This document shows positions 27,360-37,300 of a stretch of DNA of 64,000 nucleotides, piece after piece. A program made the position numbers and the translations under genes. Numbering within the stretch: position 1 is the stretch's first letter; every line of letters starts with the position of its first letter. The stretch is from a virus (lineage: Duplodnaviria; Heunggongvirae; Uroviricota; Caudoviricetes), in the IMG/VR virus record IMGVR_UViG_3300005613_000042, positions 1-64,000 of that record. One strand, 5' to 3'. Under the pieces are notes generated by a model that was given only the letters and a program-made list of their open reading frames with translations, searched no databases and was not told the DNA's origin.

Positions 27360-29141
27360 ATGTCTCGTATATTTAAAGGATTAATTCCAGAAACTAGAAA
27401 TGTAACTAGTCATACTGCTCATAAACGTTGGAGAATTACCAATTCTGAAACTGGAAGTTATGGTATAGTAGTTTATCAGGGTGAATACATTACTGGTTCA
27501 TTTAACACCATCAATCCAAGTTATGCCGGCACTCCTATACTCAGTACCACATCATTGGGTAAATACAAACATTTAATCCACAGGTCAATAAACCAAAACT
27601 ATTACAGTTCACCAAAAGATGTAACATATCCTTATGATAATCCACCTCGTGTTTTTTGTTTCAGAGATGGACAGTATAAAGAATTGCACAAAGATGTTAC
27701 TGTAATATCAATACCGGCTGATATATTTGGTGATACTATAAAACCTGGTTCGTTTCGCATTTTATCCGAATCTCGCGTTATAAAGGATGATGGGGTGGGT
27801 AATCTCTATGATTCAACTACTACAAGAAATCACATTCATGTTAGTGAATCATTACTTTACATAGGATTCAATGAAGGTTATCTATATCAGGATTCAAGTA
27901 AACGATTAAACATAACCCCACTTGATTATGTTAGCAAATATAAGGTAGTTCCTAGAGCATACCGAATTGGATTTGGATTACCAGAATCTGCATCATATGG
28001 TAGTTATGCTATCTTTGATGGTACTGGTAGTTATGGTAATTTCACAGTAGAAGACCCTACTGACAATCAATTTGTAGAAATTGAAAACTCACATAATTTT
28101 GATTTTGAAAAGGATTTTGCAATAACATTTAAACTACGTGTACCATCTTCCCAAGTTGTGGATGAAAGTTATGAAGGTCCATTTGAAGTTGATGGAGACC
28201 CACCATCTGCGGCAATAGTTAGTGGGTTGGCGACATCTGCTAGAAGAACATTGAAATCTCATACGGATAATGTTATTGTTACTAAACGTGAATTTAACAA
28301 CGACCATATTCCATTTGAAATTACTATAAGTGGTAGTAATGGTAGATATTTAATTATTAAACGTAAGAGTAGAAACAACGGTGAGTTATATGAGTATTCA
28401 TCTTCTGTAAAATTACAGGGCGGTGAATGGTATTCTGTTATTTTTCAAAAAACAGGAAGTAATCTAAATGTAAATCTACAAAGTTTACAGGGTAGAATAT
28501 CAGATACACAATCGGACCCGGCCCATGGACAACCGCTCAAAAATAAAACAAATATACACATTGGAGGTCGCCCATTTGGATATAAAAATAGATATTACGA
28601 TAGTTACTCGGATGCGTGGATAGATAATAAACGAAATAGAAATATCATTAGACCATTTAAAGGTGATTTGAGTGATTTTAGAATATGGGATAGAGCAATT
28701 CCAAATAATGTAACCTCTAGTTTTTTTGTAACTGAAAGTAGTATAAACCATGTTGGTAATATTTTTTATGAACATGGAATGGTTGTACTTACACCACCCA
28801 AAGGCGATGGATTCCCAACATCATTTTACCACAATATTGATACTGATGATTTTGAATTAGATTTCAAAGGGACACGCGTTGTTACAGAGCGCATTTACTT
28901 ATGTCAAATACTTGATTCTGAATTTTCAATTACTCAAAACCCAACTACATTAGAACCTACATCTGCATCACTTGGTTATATTACCAGCTCTTTAGTAGAT
29001 AATAGTTATTTTTCACCATACATCACAACAGTTGGGTTGTATAATGAATCTAACGAACTACTGGCAGTTGGAAAAATGGCAAGACCAATAAAAAAACCAA
29101 TTGATTACGATATAACATTCATGGTAAGATTTGATACATGA
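27360..29141 (+). CDS. structural protein (593 aa) with the same C-terminal domain as the 26261 gene
   Basis: C-terminus YITTVGLYNESNELLAVGKMARPIKKPIDYDITFMVRFDT. Confidence 0.5.
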   Translation: MSRIFKGLIPETRNVTSHTAHKRWRITNSETGSYGIVVYQGEYITGSFNTINPSYAGTPILSTTSLGKYKHLIHRSINQNYYSSPKDVTYPYDNPPRVFCFRDGQYKELHKDVTVISIPADIFGDTIKPGSFRILSESRVIKDDGVGNLYDSTTTRNHIHVSESLLYIGFNEGYLYQDSSKRLNITPLDYVSKYKVVPRAYRIGFGLPESASYGSYAIFDGTGSYGNFTVEDPTDNQFVEIENSHNFDFEKDFAITFKLRVPSSQVVDESYEGPFEVDGDPPSAAIVSGLATSARRTLKSHTDNVIVTKREFNNDHIPFEITISGSNGRYLIIKRKSRNNGELYEYSSSVKLQGGEWYSVIFQKTGSNLNVNLQSLQGRISDTQSDPAHGQPLKNKTNIHIGGRPFGYKNRYYDSYSDAWIDNKRNRNIIRPFKGDLSDFRIWDRAIPNNVTSSFFVTESSINHVGNIFYEHGMVVLTPPKGDGFPTSFYHNIDTDDFELDFKGTRVVTERIYLCQILDSEFSITQNPTTLEPTSASLGYITSSLVDNSYFSPYITTVGLYNESNELLAVGKMARPIKKPIDYDITFMVRFDT

Positions 29142-29806
29142 GTACTAAAAAACAAAACATAGAAAAGGTTACTCCAAAAGGTAATATACGATTTTCACTT
29201 ACACTTTCAGAGGAACAAAAACAAGCAAAAACTCAAATATTACAACACCCATTTTCATTTGTAATAGGTAAGGCTGGTAGTGGTAAAACTTTATTAGCCG
29301 TACAAGTGGCATTAGATTTGTTCTTTAAACGTGAGGTTAATAAAATAATCATGACACGTCCAACTGTATCAACTGAGGATAATGGATTTTTACCAGGTAG
29401 TGAAAAGGAAAAGATGAATCCGTGGTTGGTTCCAATTAAAAGCAATATGAGAAAGGTTTATAATAAACCTGAAATATTGGATAAATTAGAATCTAGTGAG
29501 GATATTGAGTTGGTTTCTCTTGCTCATTTTAGAGGCCGGACATTTGAAAATGCCGTTTGTATTGTTGATGAGTTTCAAAACTTAACTAAATCCCAACTAA
29601 AAATGTGTGTGGGTAGATTGGGTAAAAATAGTTTGATGATTTTTACTGGCGATTCGCAGCAGATTGACTTGAAAGATAGAAACCATTCTGCTATAAACGA
29701 ATTACCAAAGTTTCGTGATTGTGATTACGTATTTGTAACCAAACTTACAGAAAATCACAGACATGAGGCTATCAATACTGTTTTAGATATACTTTCTAAT
29801 TATTGA
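29138..29806 (+). CDS. phoH: PhoH-like ATPase
   Basis: Walker A GKAGSGKT, Walker B IVDEFQN, length 222 aa. Confidence 0.7.
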   Translation: MSTKKQNIEKVTPKGNIRFSLTLSEEQKQAKTQILQHPFSFVIGKAGSGKTLLAVQVALDLFFKREVNKIIMTRPTVSTEDNGFLPGSEKEKMNPWLVPIKSNMRKVYNKPEILDKLESSEDIELVSLAHFRGRTFENAVCIVDEFQNLTKSQLKMCVGRLGKNSLMIFTGDSQQIDLKDRNHSAINELPKFRDCDYVFVTKLTENHRHEAINTVLDILSNY

Positions 29807-30276
29807 TGGTTAATTGGTTATTTGATGATAAACCACTTGATACACCCCCAGATGGTGTTGTAGGGTTTGTTTATTTGATAACCAACAATATTACTAATAA
29901 AAAATACGTAGGTAGAAAGTATTTTGAAACCATTAGACGCGTAAAGCAAAAAAACAAACAACGTAGAAAGGTTGTCAAAAAAGAATCAAATTGGAGAGAA
30001 TATACATCATCATCGAATGAGTTGAATGATGATATTATTAAATTTGGTATCAATAATTTTAAGTTTGAAATACTACAGTTTGGAAATACTCGTGGTGAGG
30101 TTAACTATTTAGAAGAGAATTTACAACATAAGTTTGATGTACTTACTAGAGTTTTAGCAAATGGTGAATTTGAATTTTATAACAGTGCTATAGGTAGTAG
30201 AAAGTTTTTAGGTACTAAACACACACCACCTGAAAAACAAATCATTTCTGAGATTGTTAGAAAAAGATTTGGATAA
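29803..30276 (+). CDS. GIY-YIG-like nuclease domain protein
   Basis: GFVYLITNNITNKKYVGRKY (GIY...YIG...R) with downstream Glu/Asn (NYLEENL). Confidence 0.45.
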   Translation: MMVNWLFDDKPLDTPPDGVVGFVYLITNNITNKKYVGRKYFETIRRVKQKNKQRRKVVKKESNWREYTSSSNELNDDIIKFGINNFKFEILQFGNTRGEVNYLEENLQHKFDVLTRVLANGEFEFYNSAIGSRKFLGTKHTPPEKQIISEIVRKRFG

Positions 30277-30299
30277 ATCAATTATATTGAGTATATTGT

Positions 30300-31220
30300 A
30301 TGTTGATGAAAAATACATTGATTCAACTGCTAAACCAAGTTTTCAATGAACAAGGTTCTGTCAAAAATGATGAGTATCTTGTACATTGCCCATATTGTTT
30401 TCATAACAAAAAGAAACTTAGTGTAAATTTAAATACAGGTAAATATCATTGTTGGGTATGTGGTAAAGCTGGTGTAAAATTGGATACGTTGTTCTTCAAG
30501 ATGGGTGCTGATAAAATACATCTTGATAAACTACATAAAATTTTTGGAAATTCAATAGTATCTAGTAAACCTACAACCTCGGTTGAAAAAACAGTATCAT
30601 TACCCTTAGAATACATGCCAATTTGGGCTGGTTCACATCGTTCTCCAGATTATAGAAATGTAGTAAAATATCTTAAAAGAAGAAATATAGGCAAATACGA
30701 TATTCTTCGTTATAATATTGGGTATTGTGAGGATGGGCCGTATGGTGGTATGATTATATTACCATCATATGACAAAAATGGTATTTTAAATTATTTTGTG
30801 GGTCGTTCGTTTTATGATGGGGGTATGAAACACAAAAATCCAATGGTATCGAAGGATATAATTGGTAATGAACTTTTGATAAATTGGAATGAGCCTATAA
30901 ACATTGTTGAGGGTATGTTTGATGCTATAGCAGTTGGCGACAATACAATACCTCTGTTTGGTAAATTCATCCCAACATCATTGAAATTGAAGATAATTGA
31001 GGAAGGTGTAAAACGTATAAATATTCTTTTGGATGGTGATGCTATTAAACAGTCCATAGAACACGCAGAATATTTTATGAATAATGGTATATCAGTTCAT
31101 TTGATTGATATGGGGAATAAAGACCCAAGTGAACTCGGTCATCAAGTGGTTACTTCTATGATAGAAAAATCAGTTGAGTTGGATTTGTATAAAATAATGG
31201 AATTGAAATTTGAAAACTAA
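30300..31220 (+). CDS. DNA primase (CHC2-type zinc finger + TOPRIM, DnaG/T7-like)
   Basis: Zinc finger CPYCFHNKKKLSVNLNTGKYHCWVCGKAG. TOPRIM IVEGMFDAIAV ... ILLDGDAIKQ. Confidence 0.7.
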   Translation: MLMKNTLIQLLNQVFNEQGSVKNDEYLVHCPYCFHNKKKLSVNLNTGKYHCWVCGKAGVKLDTLFFKMGADKIHLDKLHKIFGNSIVSSKPTTSVEKTVSLPLEYMPIWAGSHRSPDYRNVVKYLKRRNIGKYDILRYNIGYCEDGPYGGMIILPSYDKNGILNYFVGRSFYDGGMKHKNPMVSKDIIGNELLINWNEPINIVEGMFDAIAVGDNTIPLFGKFIPTSLKLKIIEEGVKRINILLDGDAIKQSIEHAEYFMNNGISVHLIDMGNKDPSELGHQVVTSMIEKSVELDLYKIMELKFEN

Positions 31221-34200
31221 AATCATACCATATAAATTTGATAGTATTCATAAAGTACTTCATGTAAGCGATATTCACATCAGAAACTATCAACGACACA
31301 AAGAGTACATTAGTGTTTTTAAACAACTATATAAGGAAGTTGATAAGCTTCCTGAAAACTCTATAGTATATGTGGGGGGTGATGTTGTTCATAGTAAAAC
31401 TGATATTTCACCAGAACTGATTAAGGTTACAAGTGAATTTCTAAACAACTTGGCAACCCGTAGAACCACAATATTGATAACTGGAAATCATGATGCTAAT
31501 CTAAATAACCCATCTAGGTTGGATACGCTTTCACCAATTGTTGAGAGTATCAATAATCCAAATCTACATTATCTTAAAGATTCTGGAATCTATCAAATAG
31601 CAGATGTTCATTTTGTTGTATTTGGTATTTTTGATAAACCAAGTACTTACATTAAAGCAGACTCATTTGAAGCCAAAACAAAGGTTGCTTTGTTTCACGG
31701 TGCCTTGGATATGTCGGTTACAGATGTTGGATATCGAGTTTCAAATAAAGATTTACCTATTTCAATGTTTGATGGGTATGATATAGCAATGCTTGGTGAT
31801 ATTCACAAGCGACAATTTTATAATGAGCAAAAAACAATACTTCAACCGGGTTCTTTGTTGCAACAAAATCATGGAGAGTCTTATGAAAATCATGGATGTG
31901 CTATATGGGATTTAGGTACAAAATCATGTCAATTTGTTGATTTTAAAAATGAGTGGGGATTTTACACAATTGAAGTTGTTGATGGATGTTTACCAACTAT
32001 ATCAAATTTACCCAAATACCCTAGACTTAGAATCAAGACAACAAATACTACCCAAGCTGAGTTAAAAAACATCATCAGAGACATTAAAGGTATTTGTAAA
32101 CCAATCGACATTACTACAATAAAAACAGATAGAATCAGTAGTGTTGGTCAGAGTAAATCATCGCAAGCTATAACGCGAGATATACGCGATGTAAATTATC
32201 AAAATGAATTGTTACGTGAGTATATTAGTAAACATCATGGGGTTGATAGTGATACTATCAATACAATTTATGAGATAAACAAAAAATTAAATAACAATCT
32301 TAGTGGTATTGAAATCACACGTAATGTAAATTGGAAACCAAAATTATTTGAGTTTTCAAATATGTTTAGTTATGGAGCAAATAACACTATTGATTTTACC
32401 AAATCAACTGGTATTGTTGGGTTATTTGCTCCAAACCACACTGGAAAATCTGCTATACTAGATTCTCTTTCGTTTTGTTTATTTGACAAGTGCAGTCGTG
32501 GTAGAACTGCTCTTGACATCATGAATAACAAAAAATCTAATTTTCATTGTAAACTAAATTTTGAAGTTGATGGTAAAGATTACTTTATAGAACGTGTTGC
32601 CAAAAAACAAAAAAATGGAACTGTAAAAGTAAATGTAAATTTTTGGACTATTGAAAACGGTCAAACTGTTTCTTTGAATGGTGAACAACGTAGAGATACA
32701 AATAGAAACATAAAGTCTTTATTGGGTACCTATGATGATTTTGTATTAACTTCAATGTCAGTACAAAATGATAGTTCTGGATTTATTGAAAAATCACAAA
32801 CGGAACGTAAGGACTTATTGGCTCAGTTTTTAGATATTTCAATTTTTGAAGAACTTTATAATTTGGCAAGTGATGACATTCGAGATGTTACTACTTTGTT
32901 ACGTGATTTCAAAAATGTTGACTATGACCAACAATTGATTGATGAGGAAGATTTGTTAAATCGATATGAAGTTGTTCGTAATTCTAAATTGATTGAATTG
33001 AACACCATCAAATCAGAGATTGATAAAACTGATGAAATTTTATATGAATTAAACAAAAATTTAATAACAATAGATGTTGATTTAGATATTGATACCCTTA
33101 CATCTGAATTTGAAATGATTAAATCAGAAATATCTGAATATAAAGTAAAAATTGAAAAGTATAAATCATATCAAAGTGAAAATGTAGGTAAATTAGAAAA
33201 ACTTCAATCTAATTTGGAACTCATTGATATTGATAGTGTTACTAAACACTATGATAAGTGGAGAACCGCTTTAGATAAAAAACGTGAGGTTACCAACAAT
33301 ATAGAATTAATGAAAGTTGGTGTTAAATCCAAGTTGGATAATCTAAACGCTATAGGTCAGTTTGATCCAAATTGTGATTTTTGTAAAAACACTCCATTTG
33401 TTAAAAGTGCATTTGAAATTCAACAACAATTAGAATCTGACAAAAAACTAGTTGTTGAATTACTTGATACATCTAAAAAGTTAGATACTATAATTACAGA
33501 ACATTCTGGTAGTGAGGATATAATAGAAAATTATAAATCTATAAAGAATGAAATTTCAAAATACAAACAGTACCAATCAGAACTTGATGTTAAGTTAGCT
33601 AGACGAGAATCTGAATTGATTTCTCATCAATCTAAATTGGAATCTGTAAATGATAAAATTACATTGTATCATCGAAATGAAGATTCTATAAAACATAATG
33701 AATCAATAAATATTAAAATATCCGAAGCAATTGAAGTAAAGGCTAAACTACAATCTACCTTGGCTGATATTTCCGATGAATTACAAGATATTATTTCAAA
33801 TATTAAAGTTTCAAATTCAAAAATTCAAACAATTAATGAATCGATTAATAGAGCGCATACTCTCGAACTTGAGTTGAAGGCCTATGAATACTATTTGGAT
33901 GCAATTCGCCGAAATGGTATACCATACACTATTATTTCAGATGTTTTACCTTATATTGAAAATGAAGTAAATCAAACCTTATCTCAAATTGTTGATTTTA
34001 AAATAGAATTTGCTGTTGATGGTAAAAACATATTAACTTATATTGTGTATGCAGATGATGAAAAGTGGGGACTGGAGTTAACGTCTGGTATGGAAAAATT
34101 CATTAGTTCAATAGCAATAAGAGTTGCTTTGATTAATATATCAAGTTTACCGAGACCAAACTTCTTATCGATTGATGAAGGATTTGGTGCTCTTGATTAC

Positions 34201-34356
34201 CAAAATGTAACATCTCTGAGTAACTTGTTTGATTATTTAAAAAGTGAATTTGATTTCTTGTTTGTTATATCTCACATCGATATGATGCGTGATATGGTTG
34301 ATGATTTGGTTGAGATTTATAAAGAAAAGGGTTTTAGTAAAGTTATACACGTTTGA
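31210..34356 (+). CDS. fused Mre11-like nuclease + Rad50-like ATPase (SbcD-SbcC in one polypeptide)
   Basis: N-terminal phosphoesterase motifs HVSDIH, GGDVVHS, GNHD, FHGAL, GDIHK and QPGS. Then Rad50 Walker A GLFAPNHTGKSAILDSLSFCLF and a long coiled coil with CDFC zinc hook. C-terminal signature LSGMEKF, Walker B LSIDEGFGALD and H-loop VISHID. Confidence 0.75.
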   Translation: MKTKIIPYKFDSIHKVLHVSDIHIRNYQRHKEYISVFKQLYKEVDKLPENSIVYVGGDVVHSKTDISPELIKVTSEFLNNLATRRTTILITGNHDANLNNPSRLDTLSPIVESINNPNLHYLKDSGIYQIADVHFVVFGIFDKPSTYIKADSFEAKTKVALFHGALDMSVTDVGYRVSNKDLPISMFDGYDIAMLGDIHKRQFYNEQKTILQPGSLLQQNHGESYENHGCAIWDLGTKSCQFVDFKNEWGFYTIEVVDGCLPTISNLPKYPRLRIKTTNTTQAELKNIIRDIKGICKPIDITTIKTDRISSVGQSKSSQAITRDIRDVNYQNELLREYISKHHGVDSDTINTIYEINKKLNNNLSGIEITRNVNWKPKLFEFSNMFSYGANNTIDFTKSTGIVGLFAPNHTGKSAILDSLSFCLFDKCSRGRTALDIMNNKKSNFHCKLNFEVDGKDYFIERVAKKQKNGTVKVNVNFWTIENGQTVSLNGEQRRDTNRNIKSLLGTYDDFVLTSMSVQNDSSGFIEKSQTERKDLLAQFLDISIFEELYNLASDDIRDVTTLLRDFKNVDYDQQLIDEEDLLNRYEVVRNSKLIELNTIKSEIDKTDEILYELNKNLITIDVDLDIDTLTSEFEMIKSEISEYKVKIEKYKSYQSENVGKLEKLQSNLELIDIDSVTKHYDKWRTALDKKREVTNNIELMKVGVKSKLDNLNAIGQFDPNCDFCKNTPFVKSAFEIQQQLESDKKLVVELLDTSKKLDTIITEHSGSEDIIENYKSIKNEISKYKQYQSELDVKLARRESELISHQSKLESVNDKITLYHRNEDSIKHNESINIKISEAIEVKAKLQSTLADISDELQDIISNIKVSNSKIQTINESINRAHTLELELKAYEYYLDAIRRNGIPYTIISDVLPYIENEVNQTLSQIVDFKIEFAVDGKNILTYIVYADDEKWGLELTSGMEKFISSIAIRVALINISSLPRPNFLSIDEGFGALDYQNVTSLSNLFDYLKSEFDFLFVISHIDMMRDMVDDLVEIYKEKGFSKVIHV

Positions 34357-34380
34357 TACTTATATGATGAGAGTTATTAT

Positions 34381-37300
34381 ATGGCTAGACCTATTTTTAG
34401 ACAACAACCTAGAATAAACATATCAGAGCTGAGGATGCAGTACATATCTGCATCATACCCAGCTGAAATTACATCATCGACCGGTCAACTTAGTTACAAA
34501 TATCTAAGACAGTTACCGTTAATTGAATCAAGTGATGGTGTGTTTACCAATGATTTTGTTGGTGGTAAGCTTATCGTAGAATCTCCGCAAAACATTACAC
34601 CATCTACTGGGTCTGGCGTTATTGCAAGTGGGTATAGTACTAGATATCAAGGTACTATCACATCGGTAATTAACAACAGTTTAGCTGTAGTCTCACCTCC
34701 GTATTATTTCAAACTACTTAAAGAAAGTAATGGATACACCAATCCAATAAGTTACTACTTTTCCCCATCTAAATTTGATAGTAGTGATTATACAATTACT
34801 TATCGAAAAAACGAAAGTGGTAGTCAGATAACAAATGATATCTATCAATCATTTGTTAATGTAGAGTTGGCAGATTTGATACCTGAAAGTGGAAGGGTTT
34901 CCGCCGTTAGGTTGTTTGCTAGAAGTCAAGGATTTAAAACATTTGAACATTTATCAGATGAACCTTTACTCCCTGTAGAACTTTTTGTAAACCTAACATC
35001 AAGTACAAATGAATACGTACCAATTGGAAAAATTAAAGATACTAATCATGTAAATTTTTACTGGACATCTGAGATTGTAAATGGTAGTCTGTTTACCACT
35101 ACACAAACATATGATAAAACTGTATTAACAGATGCACTTAAAGTAGAAATTAATACCATACAAAATGCAGTATTTCCGATTGGTAGAGAAAATTTTTATG
35201 CAAAGTTTTACACCAATAATCCAATAAAGGTATATAAGAACAACGATTACATTGTAACCTTTAAATTGGCCAATGTTGGTAAGGCAGATTGGGAACATAG
35301 TAGTGCTGAAGTCAAGGGTCCTCGTTTATTATTTGCAATATCAGGTTCTGCCATAAAAAATGAAGATGGTAAACTTGGTAAGGTGTATGATGAAATCAAA
35401 TCTGATAGTGTAAACACAACAAACCCATCGATTGTAAATGGGAATGGGTTAATTTATCAAAATCAATTTGATTATAATGCCGGCGATGATGACAACATTG
35501 TACCTACTCCATTGAATGGTAGTCAATCATTTGCCATTTCTGATAATCAGTTATTGGTAAATTCTCCGGTGATAAATGATATAAGAGCTTATATTTTTAG
35601 ACCAGAAAGAGATGGGTACATCAACCCTGTATTTGCTGTAAATACTGGTATATGGTATATTTCTGATATTTCAATTAAACCCTATGTATTGGATGGTAGA
35701 ACACCAACACATACTAGAGTTAAAGCAAAGGCGCCTACATACAAACAAAATGATAGTTTAGATATTAAACTTGAATTTTTGAATGAACAGGGTGAAATAG
35801 CAAATATATCATTTTTAACATCCAGTCTACCATTTAGTGGTTCTAGTATTGCAGTATCATCTGGGGGTGGTACTAGTGGACCTGACGGTGATTGGTATGA
35901 TGGTGGTACCTATATCACTACATCTAAGGCAGTACATATTACGGCTTCGTTTGAATCGAGTGGTTCATTTACGGCAAGAGTAACGGGCGAATCGTTTAAT
36001 ATCATTGGATTACAAGATGCCAGTCAAGGTTCTTATAGTTCATTGATTATTGATAATAACGGAAAAGTTTGGAAAACTGGCTCAGTTTCTGGCGGTGGTG
36101 GTGTTGATAATGATTGGTATGATAGTGCAGCGGGATACATTACAACAAGTAATGATGTGCATATTACCGGTTCGCTTTATGTTAGTGGTTCTCAACAAAA
36201 TACTGGTTCACTATATATAAGCGGTTCGATTGAAAATGTACATTATATTGATTTTGATATCAGTCAATCAGAAGATTTAACGTATAAAAACGGTAGACTA
36301 TTTTATAACACCAATGAAGGCGCTCTTACATTTTACAATGAGGAATCTGATATTGGTCTACAAATAGGTCAAGAATTTTATATTAGGGTATATAATGATT
36401 CAAATAGTACAATAAATAATGGAACTCCAGTGTATGCATCTGGTGCGAACGGAGATAGAGTGAAAGTATGGACTGCCTCAGCCGAACCTCACTATGAACA
36501 CATTGCCACGGAGAATCACATTCTTGGATTGGCTACGCATAATATATCTCCTAAGTCGGAGGGATATGTTACAGAACTCGGTATTGTTAGGGGTATAAAT
36601 GTTGGCACTGGGTGGTCGGCCGGAGATACTATATACGTATCATCCAGTGGTGGTGAACTTACAAATATAAGACCAGACTATCCATATGAAAAAATAGAAG
36701 TTGGTATTTTGGTAAGAGACTCCCCGACTGGTAATGGGTTTATCTTTGTAAAACCAGAATCACCAGTTCACTTTGAAAATATATCAGAGTTGTCAGCATC
36801 CACTCCATATGTGAATGGACAAGTTTTCGTATATGATGAAACGGCTCAGGGTTGGACTAATAGTAATGAGTTGGTAAATATAACGGCATCTTCTATTATT
36901 GCCTCTGGTAGTTTTAGTGGCAGTTTTGTGGGGGATGGTAGTGGGTTGACTGGTATTTCTAGTGGAGATAATGATTGGTTTGATGGTGGTACTTATTTGA
37001 CTACATCAAAAGAAGTACAAATTACATCATCTGATTTGATATTATCTGATGGTAGCATTTATGGAGATACTGATGCAACTCCAATTTTAAAAGTACAAAA
37101 CAATCAATTTACATTCGTATCGAATACAGATAATGATGCTGGTGTTAAATTTTCAACATCAGATGGTCCAAATTTTGAGTTTACTGATTTAGATGGTAAT
37201 TCACTGGTAAGATTTTTCTTAAATCAAAAAGTACATTTATTTAGTGGTTCGATTTCTGCAAGTGGTGAATTAAGAGCCGGACTAGAATTAGAACCTCGTG

